43,291 nucleotides of DNA, taken from NCBI GenBank assembly GCA_000934665.2, contig JYFJ02003346.1, forward strand, positions 1 to 43,291. The letters are read 5' to 3'. Below are positions 11,801 to 24,900 of the stretch, one piece after another. Each line of letters opens with the position of its first letter. The stretch's first letter is position 1. The notes under the pieces are model-generated. The model did no database searches and was not told where the DNA came from. It saw only the letters and a list, made by a program, of their open reading frames with translations. The position numbers and the translations under genes are program-made. This DNA is from Catajapyx aquilonaris. Its lineage: Eukaryota.

Positions 11801-14800
11801 TAGCGTCTTCTAAGAAACGCCCTTAGCAACATGGTTTGCTCGAGAAGCAGCAGAGTCCAGTACTATACTAAACAATAACTGATCTGATAAATTGATAAGA
11901 GGTCACTCCGTATTGATAGGGAGTCCTTTGAGAGGAAATGAAATTACGTTTTATTATTATTATTCTTTTTATATTAATGGTTTATCAGAATGACACTTTT
12001 TGAAGTTGACTATATCTCTGTCAATGTGAGTCGAGTACCGTCAGGCTAATTTTAGAATTCTTACCTTTATAGTCTGTGACATACCTCACTTATCGTCTTC
12101 TGACCCGTACAGTTTTTGATAACATCATCAGACGGCTATACTTCCGCATATTAATTGTTCCCTTACTCATCTCAGATTACACATTTTCCTGAGAATCTGT
12201 GACAGAGGAATAAACTCGTTGTAAAATCAGTCAAACCTCTTAGAATTGACACGACTGGTTATTTACAGTAAGAATTTTAGGGTTGTAAAATAAACTGACA
12301 AAAAATGTGGCACTAAAATATTTCATGGTAACTTAATTACAGTAATTATAAATATTATATTATCATCATTGTTACAGAAATAATCATACAGCTCCCAGAG
12401 GTTTCAATGATTTTAAAACAAATTTCAACAAAATATATTTCAATATTGCTGCCTTGAAGAAAGTATTGGAATATGTTCACATAAATGGGTTCGCACGGTT
12501 TAAAATACTTTCGCGCTTAATGAAAATGGATATTTTCTGTTATTTGTAATTTGCGTTTTTATAATAATTCGTAGACAAGTCTAAATTAATCGTGGTGCTA
12601 CAATATCGACCTCAATTCATGCACTATTGAATGGTTCCTTGAAAGGTATTGAAGGAATGGAAGAAATAGGCAATTTGATTATATCAATTATTACATCTCT
12701 ACTTATGCAAATTTTAAATTGCAAAATAAATTTCCGCACGTTCAATTTTTGCGGTCATTTGAAATCCGACAAAACTTTGAATATTCGCACATGAGCACTA
12801 TTATACTGTATATGCCGCTGAAGTTATTTCCTTTGAAATATTTCTGCTTTCGTTTTTACAGGTGACATAATCACGGGCTCTTCCTGCCCAATAATATTTC
12901 ATGAAGAAGCAAATAAGTCGTTCCGCCAATATTATTTCTTCTAATCCATCATTCTCAGTCCTCTTTTGTACGGAATTTGACGCAATCAGAGGGACAAAAG
13001 AAAGCAGCCAGGAGAATGAACGCTTCTGCAGCGATTTCAATTGCGGCATGGTGCAACTGTTGCAGTAATCCAATCACACTCAATCAAGGTTGGATTGCAG
13101 AGTGTCAGAAGAAGCATATAATAATACGTTATGATTGAGAACGGTACGGTAGCCCCATCAAGGTCAAATTGGGTTTGAAGTGAATCAGCTGTTCCTCTCT
13201 GTCAAGGATTATGTCAAGTTCAAGGCTTTTACACTTCTACTATAGTATTGATATGGCTCTCTATTGTTTTCTGAGGACATTCGCAAGAATATTATCTTTA
13301 CTATACCAGGAAGTGTAACACAATCCTTTATTGCTTCCATTATACATACATAGTACCGGTATATCAATGGCTAAATGTACTTAAGTATTGTGATTTACAA
13401 GATTCTAGAAATTGAGTTATTATTGTATTATGAATTCAGTGCGAAATTTACAGTCCACCTAATGCACTATTGATATATTAAACTACAAATGGTTACACAT
13501 TCATTTCCCACTTGTTCTGTATAAATTTTCTTACAATAACTTTGCCCATCAATATGGTACTAATAGAGCAATAATACATTACATACCCTATCGGATTATG
13601 CAATGCAATGTCATGTAACAGTTATTGTGTGGTATTAAGTAATAGCTGAATATTATTTGGCGTTGTGTACGAAAATGAATACATTATTGTAATATAAATA
13701 TGCTAATACTAATGCAGTAATTGAATAGTGGCCTTGGATCTATTTACGCGCTCAAAGTATTAGAATCGGAAGTGTGTTATGACTTATTAGCAATTACAAG
13801 GAAGCTGGCTGCTGCTGTGAGTGGTGAAGTTTCTGAACTGCTCATCCTGCAGAGAACTTATCGCATTCACGTGCAAGAAGAGCTAAATATGACCTGTCTC
13901 CAGCATTGCTGGTCTCCGGTGTCCACCTCCCGGACGTTAGGTCAGCATTCCTCGTACATATCCTCTCTCTCTGGTTTCGTAGCTGATTCACTTCACACGG
14001 ATTCTTTGTATACTTGAGTCTGCACAATGATCGTTATTGTTTTTGATTTTATTCGGTTACATATACCAATTATTCGCAGCATAGCAATTCTATGCATCGG
14101 CCACATAATTGGTGATCTTTGGTTAGACTGGCTCCAGTGCTTGGTTGTCAGAGCAGTAACTAAATCAATTATCGAGGATATCATGGTGACCCAAGTCCAA
14201 AGGTCATTAGATAGCGCGAAGAAAAGGAGCCCATTTAAAATAATTCCGATCAGTGGAATTAATCAGGATGCATAATTTACGAACCTTCCATCATTTACAT
14301 CTGACGAATCTTGCTCGTGAAAAAAAAGAAAGCTCCTCTGTGAATAGCCCATTACTGAAGGAGAAAAGGTGTCTTGGTTGTTGCTAAGGGGTGGTAAAAA
14401 AAAAAAAAAAGGTGGTGAAGATGATGTTGTCACCGAGTCGGAATTTTGTCTCTCGGTATGGTGGAATCCACGAAAGAATGAGAAGAACTCGACATCTTAT
14501 CGAAGGAGGGTCGTGATGGGGACAGTGAAGCGGCGGCGACGACCTGAGAATTCCGAGCAAGGCTAGATTGATGTCTGGAAGGTTGCGTGGCCCTAAGTAT
14601 GTGCTGTGCTGCATATATGTGGGCAGAGGCCATAGGAACACCCTCCCCCCCTCCTGTATATATGCAGGCAGCAAACAAGCAAGGCCGGAGAAATTTAAAG
14701 GAAGGGTGCGGTCCAAGCGGTCCTGCCAAAAAATGTGTGTGTGTGTTTTTTTGTGGAAAAAAACGGGGGTTCGGAATGCGGAAAATTAATCTCCACACAA

Positions 14801-16558
14801 GCATGGACCTCGTCAAGTTCTATTTCTGATACCTTCTTCTGACACCGTGGGATGAAAGGAATTTGGAAAGCACCAGTGTCACCCACCGCAAAGCAGTTGG
14901 CGTGTGTCGATTAATTGTGTTGCGTACATGTGCCCTTCCAGGCGACGGACATTAATCTTAACCAAAAGAGTAGGCCGTGACATGGCTCTTTTTCTCATCA
15001 CATATACAGTGCATATTTAGTGTGTACAGACACACGCACAAAACTTTAACCTCACCTAGTTGTTCCACGGGGGCCTTCAACCTCCCCCCCCCCTTCTAGG
15101 TCTCTCTTTTATTTCCGGACAAAACTGAGTAGCAACAGACTCAATTGGCCTGAATGTCCACGAACACCTCCGATCCGATCCCAATCTCACGCCAGTGTCT
15201 GGCGTCTGCTGCTAATGCCCACCTCTATTTTAGTGCTGCGAATTAACCTAGATGAATGGCGAGGAGACTCCTCCTTAATCGATGAGATTGAAAATCAATC
15301 GCCGGCGTCGTACCTTTTTTTTCTTTCCCCCCCTTCCCCCTCTCTCCCCTCTTAGAAGCACTTGACATGTGTGATGTATGATACGCACGTAATAATCAAC
15401 CGGCAATATCTGGAGGTGCTACCACACAATTTGGCAATATGGGAGACGGTCAATTTTGAGTAATAAATTACTGTCGGTATGCCATTACCAAGTGTACGGT
15501 TTTCCGGGGACTCGACACGTGCAGACTACTGAATGTCTGCTTTGTATGCACCTCGCTAAAAGGAGGGGAGGGGGAGGCTTTCCCTTGGTTCCATTAACCT
15601 TCAAGTCTGCTTGTCTGCTCCTCTCTCTGGCTGCTATTTCACCCAATAAATGCAATGGTTATCCTGCTGCCGCCATAATTGGATCGTGCTGAGAAATCAT
15701 CTGACAACCCAACATGCACCCAGAAAACTGCAGCACCGCAAGTGCACCAAAGACATTAATCGAATTACGTTTGAGGGGGGGTGGAAATGGAAGGGTGGAG
15801 GGGGGGGGGGGTCGGATAAAACAAAAAAGAAAGAAAGAGAGAGACAGAAAGGGGAGAAGAGAAACAAAAGCTGACTGACTGCACGCAATCGCATGCGACA
15901 AAAAGGCCCCCCCTCGATAATAATATTTTTGGGGAGGGGAAGAACTTTGGGCAGAATAATTATATTGCAAGTACTTACAAGGCTGAGCAAAGGAGATGAC
16001 TTTTTCTGATCTGGCGTGGAAGTCGTCCTCTTCTTCCTCGAAGACCACGCCGGTCTGGAAGCCCTTGGCCGGGGCGTCGCTCTGGATGCCGTACATGTCT
16101 AACAAGTGGTGGAGGGGCGGGATTTTGGGAAGGACCCGTCCCGTGATGTTGGGGGCCTCCTTCATCCCCAGCTTGTTCAGGATCTGCTCCTTGATGACCT
16201 CGAGGTTCAGCTGACGAAGCTCTTCTCGGAGCATGCAGGAGGAGCAGTTGGTGGTCACTCCCCCCGAGGGGTCCTCACCACTACTAATATCACCACTGGC
16301 ACTGGCACTGGCACTGTCACCACCACCGTCGTCCTCATCAGAAACAGCTGGAGGAAGAGGAGAAGAGGAAGGAGGAGGAAGGGAGGCCGATGAGTCCATC
16401 CACTGCAAGTCGTCCATGTCTTCGGCGCGATCTTGTTGGTCCAGCAGCCTCGATGCCTGTTGCTGCTTCTCCAGATGCTCCAGACTACTTCCGGGGCTCC
16501 TGGCGAGGGTTGTGGCGGCCACCAGCACCACCAGCACCACCGTCAATTGTGGTGCCAT
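2496..16558 (-). CDS. myo: Myostatin/GDF11-like (myoglianin) TGF-beta ligand precursor, 3 exons, ~466 aa
   Basis: join(15979..16558, 2933..3369, 2496..2879), frame continuous across GT-AG introns of phase 1 and 0. Signal peptide [19 protein letters not shown]; prodomain CSSC...[15 protein letters not shown]; furin site RKKR; 9-Cys mature domain [33 protein letters not shown]...[16 protein letters not shown]...VVDRCGCS, typical of GDF8/11. Confidence 0.95.
2933..3369 (-). CDS. myo: Myostatin/GDF11-like exon 2 (prodomain)
   Basis: Acceptor ttttggcag|AT CCC AAT; encodes YFKFS...ALMWLY...GWVSL...[11 protein letters not shown]; donor CAT|GTAAGT, phase 0. Confidence 0.92.
10268..10287. repeat. (TG)n microsatellite
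   Basis: TG dinucleotide run in myostatin intron 1. Confidence 0.85.
15979..16558 (-). CDS. myo: Myostatin/GDF11-like exon 1 (signal peptide, N-terminal prodomain)
   Basis: ATG at 16558 (the ORF track starts at an upstream TTG). Ends ...[17 protein letters not shown], phase 1 donor. Confidence 0.92.
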
Positions 16559-16919
16559 CGTCAAGTCGGTCAGCGATCAAGCAGTGGCCTCTCGGTTACA
16601 GCTGAGCAGCATGTGGATGGGTGTGTTTGTGTCCGGCTATATGTGAGTGCGGTGTGTAGTCGACCAAACTCCTCCTTCTTGGCCTCTCCCTCTCCTCTCC
16701 TTCCCTCCTCCTTCTTCTCCTCCCAAATCCCCCCCACCCCCCCCGACCCCCCTTGATTTTTTTTTTTAAAGCTTTGCTCCCCAAGTGCTAGGCAGCAAGC
16801 TGCTTCTAGAACGAGCCAGCCTAGCTGACAGGCCGGACTCCACTCGCTTTGGCTTCCTAGAGGTCAGCGCATGGCAGTAATACTCGCTCACACTCACACA
16901 CACACACTTGGCCGAATGC

Positions 16920-16927
16920 CTATATAT
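16920..16927 (-). promoter_or_regulatory. Candidate TATA box of the myostatin-like gene
   Basis: ATATATAG in otherwise GC-rich sequence ~360 bp upstream of the ATG; TSS not known. Confidence 0.35.
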
Positions 16928-17174
16928 GAAGCTCACTCACTCACACCCTCTGTCTGTCTGTCTCTGGGTGTCAGACCTCTCCTGCTTGAGACTGCACCCC
17001 ACCACCACCAACAAACCCAACTCCCACCCCACCCACCCCCTGTGCCAAAAACCTCTCATCGAATCACCTTTGATCCTCACACTTGCAACGCCTCCCTTCT
17101 CGACCGACTATTATATTTTTCTTGCGGCGCCAAGATAGCCTATGACCGAGTCACATGCACCATGCACATAATGC

Positions 17175-17190
17175 TGACCCCTGTTGACCT
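17175..17190 (-). promoter_or_regulatory. DR4 nuclear-receptor response element (candidate EcR/RXR-USP site)
   Basis: Minus strand AGGTCA-acag-GGGTCA, ~620 bp upstream of the myostatin ATG. Confidence 0.5.
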
Positions 17191-17450
17191 GCCCCCTCGC
17201 GACCTGAGAGGCTCACGAGGCGAAGGAACCAGCCGATTGACCCAAACCTGCGTTCACTGACTCCTATACGATCCGACAACAATACATTAGACCTTGTTCG
17301 TGATCGACCCTTTTTTTTCTCTCTCCCCCCTTCATTTTCTGGCGAGTCTGCCCATTGTGACCTACCAAATGCGAAGCACGATAACGCACGATGGGGGTTA
17401 TGCTATCAGTCAAAACTCAATTTCAAAAAAAAAAAAAAAATGTGGGGTAG

Positions 17451-17512
17451 AATTTTCGTCCCACTACTAGTTACTGCTAACTTTAGCAGTAACTAGGAGT
17501 GGGACGAAAATT
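17451..17512. repeat. Near-perfect 62-bp palindrome (family copy 1)
   Basis: AATTTTCGTCCCACTACTAGTTACTGCTAA-CT-TTAGCAGTAACTAGGAGTGGGACGAAAATT: 30-bp arms with one mismatch. Confidence 0.85.
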
Positions 17513-19422
17513 ATTCCATCCGTGGCTTTATTTTTATTGACATTGTACAGGAAACTGTTTAAAATGAGACCTCTCCCCTTTTGGAGTTTATTTCAGATAA
17601 TATCTGATTTTCTTATAGGGATTAATAATGGTTCGGAATTTCCAAGCCAGTTCACTGTACAATAGGAAAAAAAACCAACAACTCACCTTGGAAATACCCT
17701 TCTTGAATTCGAGCTGCTGTTGAGAAGATTACGCCCATGACTCACCAAATCAAAGCACTACACCAATGGCGGAAAACCTTTACAGAATCTAAGCCAAATA
17801 TACGACGAGTCCTCACGAAATATGGACTGCTCCACTTGCATTGGTGTCAGGTCGTCTTAATTGATAAGGTCAAATTAAATTCATCGATGCTTTTATAACT
17901 TCCAGTTAAATATTGAGTTTTATTACATTTATGTGTACCAGACAAAATATGGGAGACTTGAACAAAAAGTCACGCAAACAACAATGGCCTAAGATGAGAT
18001 ATACAGTACTGCTGTTCACACTGGCGCCTAATATTCATCCACAATATTTATCTTTTGTAATATTAAGGACATGGTGTATATTATGAGTCAGCCTAAATCA
18101 TATTATGGCTATTTGCAAAAATAAAACTGACCAATAAACTTTACTGGATATGTTGCCTTATGTGCACAAATGATTGCATGATATAAGCAGAGATTCTGCA
18201 AATAAAATGACGCTAAACGTGTCATAATTAAACAAGGATTGCAAAAGCAGTGCAATGGTACGGTATATACATTTATTCTCAACAAGCCTTACGATATCAA
18301 GCACGATAATGCTGATTGTGGTACATTATATATTTATTTTTGATTAGGTTAATACACACTTAGATTTACCTTGCTCTGCATTATCCTTCTCATGAAGACT
18401 AACAGTCAGCGTTTCTCAGTAAATGTATGTCCCTCTATGCAGCAATGTTTCACATGTAAAATGCAAGGCACGTGCTAGTGCATTACACTCTGTATTTTTG
18501 CCACAAAGCGGCCTTCAAAGGACGCAGACTACCGTATAGTGTCAAAGACGTGGGCAGGAAAACCCGCAGTAAAGCACTTCCAGTTCTGAGGAACTTGTTT
18601 GGAGGATTTGTCGACTTCACGTTGAGCGAGGCACACAGAATCTTAATTTTTTGACATAAATTTTAAAAGAGTACAATATTGTCACACGCTTGTTTGGAGT
18701 TGAATAATAATTATTATGAGTGAGTGTCCACTTGTCGTGCAATGGACATGGTTGTAATTACTAGCCTTGAGGCAAAAATGACGTGCGCTATTTAGGAGTA
18801 AATTGCATGGCACTTGACCGATATACCTGACAGTATCCAGGTACCCTAAGTGCAGTAGGTCATCGACTCGTTTTTCTGAGGTCGATCTGGGTCGCTGTTG
18901 CTGCCGGGCCCGTCTAGACTCAGATTGGCATCACCATCGCGACACTTCCGCAGCCAATTTTATTCGATTCCCTTTCGTTTTCACTTGCCTGCATGTCACG
19001 AAGGTTCTTTTTCTTTTTCTCTCTCCCCCCTCACCACTTGCTAATATACGATGTGAGAGAGGTCAAAGTGGTCAGCCGTATACCCCCTTCAGGGCTTGAA
19101 CCATGCTGCACGTTCCAGACGGACGCCATCGACCGTGGACTTGATATACCTGCAGGAAAACTCGCTTAGCGGCATTGTTTTGTATGCTGTGGATTATATT
19201 GCTATAGAGATATTACACATGTGTACTTAGCGTGTCACTCTTGTGAGACATACGTCGATGTGGCCATTGCTTTAATTTTGAATGTATCAAGCTCCAATAT
19301 GGTGTTAATATTGATACAGTAATAGTGTACTGTTGTTATACTGTGAAAGTTGCAGGTTCAATTTTTTTTAAAGTTATACGGACAAGATGTACTTATGCGG
19401 AAGTCGAGAGATTCTGTGCAGT

Positions 19423-19438
19423 AGGTCAAGGCAGGTCA
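19423..19438 (+). promoter_or_regulatory. DR4 nuclear-receptor response element
   Basis: AGGTCA-aggc-AGGTCA in the activin-myostatin intergenic region. Confidence 0.5.
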
Positions 19439-21234
19439 CGTAATCACAAGACAGGCTTAGAAAGAGTACAGTAGGAAAAGGCCACTTATGGGGCTCTCCG
19501 GGTGTACAGTAATGTCCCAGGAAAAAGGTTTGGGTGGGTTTTTTTTGGGCAAGTGAAGACAGCGGGAAAGGGTCACAAGGGCCAGTCAACTTTCTTACCT
19601 GTATATGGTCGCATAGAACGGCCTCAACAGTGTGGGATAATTATTGCTATCTACTCGCTTGACCAGAGAGTGGGACCAGCATCTCTCATCTAATAGCGAA
19701 TTACAGTTTTAACAAAAGGAAAGCTGCTAAACGAATAAATATTCCTAAATATGGTATGGTAATGGTAATGACAATAATTGATAATTTACCTTCATTTTGT
19801 CAATGTAATAGCTGATGTACAAGGACACATTGCAGTGAATGCTTTTTCTATGTGGGTAAATTGATAATGATAGGTTACATAAAGTTGGTTAAGGAAAGTA
19901 GGAGGGAGAAAGTCTATGCACTTTTCAAGGTAGCAATAAGAACGTCAAACATGCGTCTGTCTTACAGTCCTAGATTTTATTGAAGTGAAAAGCGACACAA
20001 CCCTTATATGTAAGGCTCACTTGCATAATTGTTAACAGTTACGAATTTTTTATGAATATGCATATGGATAAAATTGCATAAAAGGTGTATATTGTGCTCT
20101 AAAATTACTAAGCATTAAGTACGCGAGTAAATGATGAATCCACAAGTCGAAAGAAAGACACGACTCATACATGTGGTAGGAGGGGGGAGGGGGAAAGAAG
20201 TGCTTGATTTTTTTTACGAGTTACGTTCTACGTGGTGTGTACAGTTCTACAGTGAAAAGTGAAACTCTCTGCAGACTGGACAGGACTGAGTTATTTTTAA
20301 GGCATTGTACAAAGGCTTGCGTTGGTACTCCTTCGAGAGAGAGAGAAAAAAACTGAACACATGTACAGGACGAACACTAAAAACGAGGGACAGGTGAAGA
20401 CAAACTACACTAGGAATCTGATATACGATCAATGGCCAATGATCATTTCAATACTTAAATAACTGTGGGCTGAGACTAAGGAAAGCAACCCCAGTATAAA
20501 GTGTGACAACGACGCCATATAGTGAACATATCTCAAGTGTCGACCGGAGCAACTTGTCTCATGGAATGGTTCTCTTTTTTTGTTGTTTATTTTAATATAG
20601 AGGAGAAATAAATAATTGAAATTTCTTTTTTTTGCCCTACAAGCAGGTACGCCGCCATTGCCACTTCCTGTCGCCCAAGACTTGTGGATTCACCTCTAAA
20701 TGCCAAGTATTGTCGATGTTTTCTTTGTTCTCTCTTGGTGTGCCATTTTTGGAGCCTAGTAAATGTCCACTAGCACCAAAAAAAAAAATGGTCCTGCGGC
20801 AGAGTCGCAAAAAAAAGGCGGTGGGGTTAACTGTAGTCTTGTTCTCCCTTTCACACTCTCTCTCCCACGCACTCTCTCACACACAGCTACTCTTTCTCTC
20901 TGTTTCTTGAGGCACTGGTGTCACTCATCAGCAAAAAAAGGTGCAGGCAGTCACCAGCTGTGACCAGGTTGCCTGCGTGACAGGTGACGAATTTTAATAG
21001 ATCAGCTATCTACTCCCAATCATGTAGTAAACACCTCTTTTTTTCCCTATAACATGACAGGAATTGCAGCCTGTCAACAATGTCACAGCTGGTACTTGCT
21101 GCTTGTTAATAAGGTGGGAATGTAGGGGGGTAATTATGTCAAAAGGTTTGGGGATTATCACAACACAGCCAAAAAAATGGTTGGACTAGAGGCCCCCCAG
21201 GCGTGTGCTTTTTTTATATAAAAAAATGAGAGGC

Positions 21235-21945
21235 TCAGGGGCATCCGCACTCGTTCACCACCATCTTGGGCAGGTCCCTCTTGATGATGTTGAAGTCAGG
21301 CCCGAAGTAGATGAGGGACATGGATGAGAACTTGATGGGCGCGCAGCAGGGCTGCATCCTTCCGTGCCAGTCCACCTTCCGGTACCCTTCCATCACATGA
21401 GTGTGGTAGTTGATGAAGGTGTCTGGGGTCCGGTGCACCCCTCCGCAGTCCCCTCGGCAGTAGTTGGCGTAGTAGCCCCGGGGCGCGATTATCCAGTCGT
21501 CCCACCCCAACTGCTTGAAGCTGACGTAGAAACGCTGCTTGCAACACTGTTTTACCTGAGGCCCGCACTCCAGAGCTCTTCGCCTCACTCTCCGGGGCAC
21601 CAGAGGCATTGTCTGCAGCACCAGGAACGGCTGTTGCCGCATTTGCTTCCACTCCCACTCGGACGTGTACTGGTGCTGTTGGTGCTGCTGCTGGTGGTGG
21701 TGATGGTGGTGGTGGTGATGGTGCTCCTCCTCCTCCTCGTCCGATCCGGATGATGACGAGGACGACGAGGAGAAGAGGACGGCGTTGACCAGCTTCCCGC
21801 AGCCGGAGCAGTCCAGCAGGATCTGCAGCTTGTCGTGCTGGTGACGGGCGTACCAGTACTGCACGGCGTCCGTCACTTCGAACTTCTGCCAGCCCACCGA
21901 CTCCAGGGACGACGACACCGACGCCAGCAGCTCCAGGTTCACCAG
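21235..21945 (-). CDS. Actbeta: Activin beta exon 3 (C-terminal prodomain and mature domain)
   Basis: Acceptor ccattccag|CTG GTG AAC; GWQKFEVT prodomain motif, PFLV, RRRR-type cleavage site, 9-Cys mature domain, TGA stop. Confidence 0.95.
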   Translation of the reverse strand: MVNLELLASVSSSLESVGWQKFEVTDAVQYWYARHQHDKLQILLDCSGCGKLVNAVLFSSSSSSSSGSDEEEEEHHHHHHHHHHQQQHQQHQYTSEWEWKQMRQQPFLVLQTMPLVPRRVRRRALECGPQVKQCCKQRFYVSFKQLGWDDWIIAPRGYYANYCRGDCGGVHRTPDTFINYHTHVMEGYRKVDWHGRMQPCCAPIKFSSMSLIYFGPDFNIIKRDLPKMVVNECGCP

Positions 21946-24900
21946 CTGGAATGGACAATGAAGGAGTCAACACGTATTATCCTGGCGAGTAGGCAAAGCT
22001 GCTGCAAGGTGTGCTTCACGCGGCTGCCACCATGCAAGGATACTGCTGCTCTTGCCATCAGGCTCATCAAGTGTACACACTATGTTGTTATTAATTAGGG
22101 CACAAGTGTGTATAATGTACTGTACATAAAATATATCTTTCAGTTTCTTTGTAGTGTAAACTTGTCAAAAGCAATGGAAATGGAGCTAATGGATTTCTTA
22201 TGCTGCTTCTTCTCCAGAAGGGATGATATACAAGCAGATTATGTTTATTTTTTTGGTATTCATAATTAATGAAACTATCCATATGTTAATTTAAGTGTCA
22301 AAAGGTACTAAAGCAAGAAGCTTTTGAACTGTAACTTGTAATAAGTGAGTGCAATTCCAAAACTCAGTCCATTGCAAGCACCGAAATAAACTGAATCAAT
22401 ATTTTGGACAAATCTCACCTTCTCATACTTGCCATGACGCGTGGATCATCTATATAAAATCATGAACCAAAAATGCTATGTAAGTGTAATTTATGTGGAT
22501 GTGGACTGATTGAGTTTTGGAAATGAACTCGGGAAAGCGCACAATGTCAGCTTGTCAGTATGTACTCAAAACATTATGCGAGTAACCATTTTCGTAGCCT
22601 ATACGAGTCGTGTGTCAGGAAAAAAAAAGAATTATGCAAATAATGCCAATGACTGAGATATTTTTCCTGTCACACAATCTGAGAGAGAGACTGCTGCGCC
22701 CCTACCTGACAATGGCAGACAACTTCAATAGTTGCTGTTACGTAATTCGGCAAGACTTTTTCTTCTATCTTTGAGTTGCAGGGTTTTTATGATTACTCAA
22801 CCTGAAAAAAAGAAAACGCAAATTAATGATAGTTGCTCTTGCTCAAAAATTAATTCTTCTGCATATCTGTGATATAGATATTTTTTTGCAAAGTTTCTGC
22901 ATACAGCAAAAATAACGGGAAACAATATGTGCAGACTGCTCGACTCGATATACTTGAAGCTATAAAAAAAAATACAACATGAAATAACCACGCCCACTTT
23001 TAATCCACTTTTTTTTCAATCCCAGTAGTACGTGAATCCCGTTATTCTTGCCCCTGTTTAAAGCAAGCTCTAACAAGACAAGTTCACTATTTGATATGAA
23101 TGTTTGTTCTAATATTAGTAAAAGTCTATCTACTGCAGATTAGACAGGTTTCATCTACGGTGCAAGAGATGTGCCGGAGAAGTCAACATGAAGAGAGCAC
23201 TTTGTTGTGCGAAGGCTTGCATTTTCTGTGAAATAGTCTTGTCTTGTATTCATTTTTTATTTAAATAAATAAAAGAGTCGTCGAGATAGCATCAACCTGG
23301 ATAGAGACAATTTTCAAAACTCTCTCAGTCCACTTCACATCATATGAAGAGTCATTCTCATGCAATAAAAAAAATAAGAATTGAAAGAGAAAGAAAATCC
23401 TGCAACAGGACCGAGTTTGAAATTGGCACTCAAAAATACACGTAACATAACCACTTTTCTTCTTTTAAAAAAATGCAGGAAAGAAGTTGGCAATCCGGAG
23501 GCCACTAAAAAAAATGACGGACCACAGAAGCATGCTTAGAGTCTCCCCGAGGTTAGATCTGTTGTCTGCCAAAAGTATCCTCCTGTAAATGGTCTGCCTT
23601 TTGAATCTTCCTGTATACAAAAACTAACATGCTGGGCACATGCATATACCTTAGGCCCATTAAAACACTCACCTTGCTACTTAAATCCGTGGTGTTGAAC
23701 ACCGCCAGCGGCTTCACTTCAAAAACATAGAGCGTAATTTTTCGATTCCTGACCAGACCCAGATTCCTCATGTTCCTGGCCACTATCGAGGTGTAGTCAA
23801 CTTTGACCCATAGAGACGCCGATTTGACCTGGATGTCCGATTCGGCCGAGTGAGGACGGGAGAACTTCATCAGGGTTTGTCCATTGAACGTGTAACCTGG
23901 ACGAAAAAACAATGTTAATTATTTCTTAAAAAATGGACTTGGTACATTCAGGTACAGTTGTTGTAGAAGAGGGCTGAGCAGGAAGCAGTATGTTTCCACC
24001 CAGTTGAACAAATGGGGGGGGGCCCTAATTTGTGCATGATTAGGAGTGAAGGGAGAAAGTGTGGTTGCTGGTGAGGGTTGCTTGGGGAGGAGAGCTAGAA
24101 GCTAATTAAGTGGTGCTGCGGCGGGGCATGTTAAGCCTCCTGGGACAAGGGAAATGATTACACGCCACTAATGTGTTAAAAAGAGTCAGAGAGCCGCCTT
24201 GGGAAGAAGCGACCACAGGGGTTTTTTTTTCCTTCCTTCAAGCGTACTACACACACTCTCTCTCTCGGAGTATTGACCTTTCATCACACCCTTTTCACGC
24301 CCTAATAGAATAAATGATAGACCCTGCTTTAATAGGGGTGGGTCGGGGGCAAACAACTTATTAAGGGAGGACACCTAACTTACACCTCATTAAATTCACA
24401 TCCGGATTGTCTGCTACTTTGCATAACATTAATCGTGGTTAATTGTTAACGGAATAGGCTTGTTAATACTCATGTAATACACAGTAGGCAGTGCGTTTGA
24501 TGGGAGATAGAGCAGTCAGGCCAATCTTTGGCAGACTTTGCACCACCAACCTTCGTTCGTATTTTTCCTATCCCATTGGCCCAGTCTAGGAGCCAGACGG
24601 CGCCGGGAATCATTTTATCGATCCCAGTTAGTGGCAGTGGAGGCGTGCAGACAGACACGACGTGCTTACTTCTCCTGTGCTCTGTCTAGCTCCAACTATA
24701 TACTTCAACAGAGAGCACTTGCACTTGCACCCCCCCCCCCTTCCTCTTTTCTATTCACTAGTAACACAAAAATAGTCCAACACTGCATTGTCCCAGACCA
24801 AACTGGGCCGTCTTCACACCCATTCCCATAGGACACCCATTACACCAACAGCCAGCAGAAGCAGAGCGCCCCGTTTGCTTCAACTCAATCTATTACAAAA

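Noticed and set aside
13721..14275. Several short overlapping ORFs, one of them hydrophobic
   Set aside because: No recognisable family, splice structure or consistent frame.
15996..16756. Long antisense and alternate-frame ORFs over exons (also 21296-21973, 29503-30328, 31156-31653, 33312-33754, 39369-40012)
   Set aside because: Shadow ORFs explained by GC-rich codon usage and trinucleotide repeats of the real exons.
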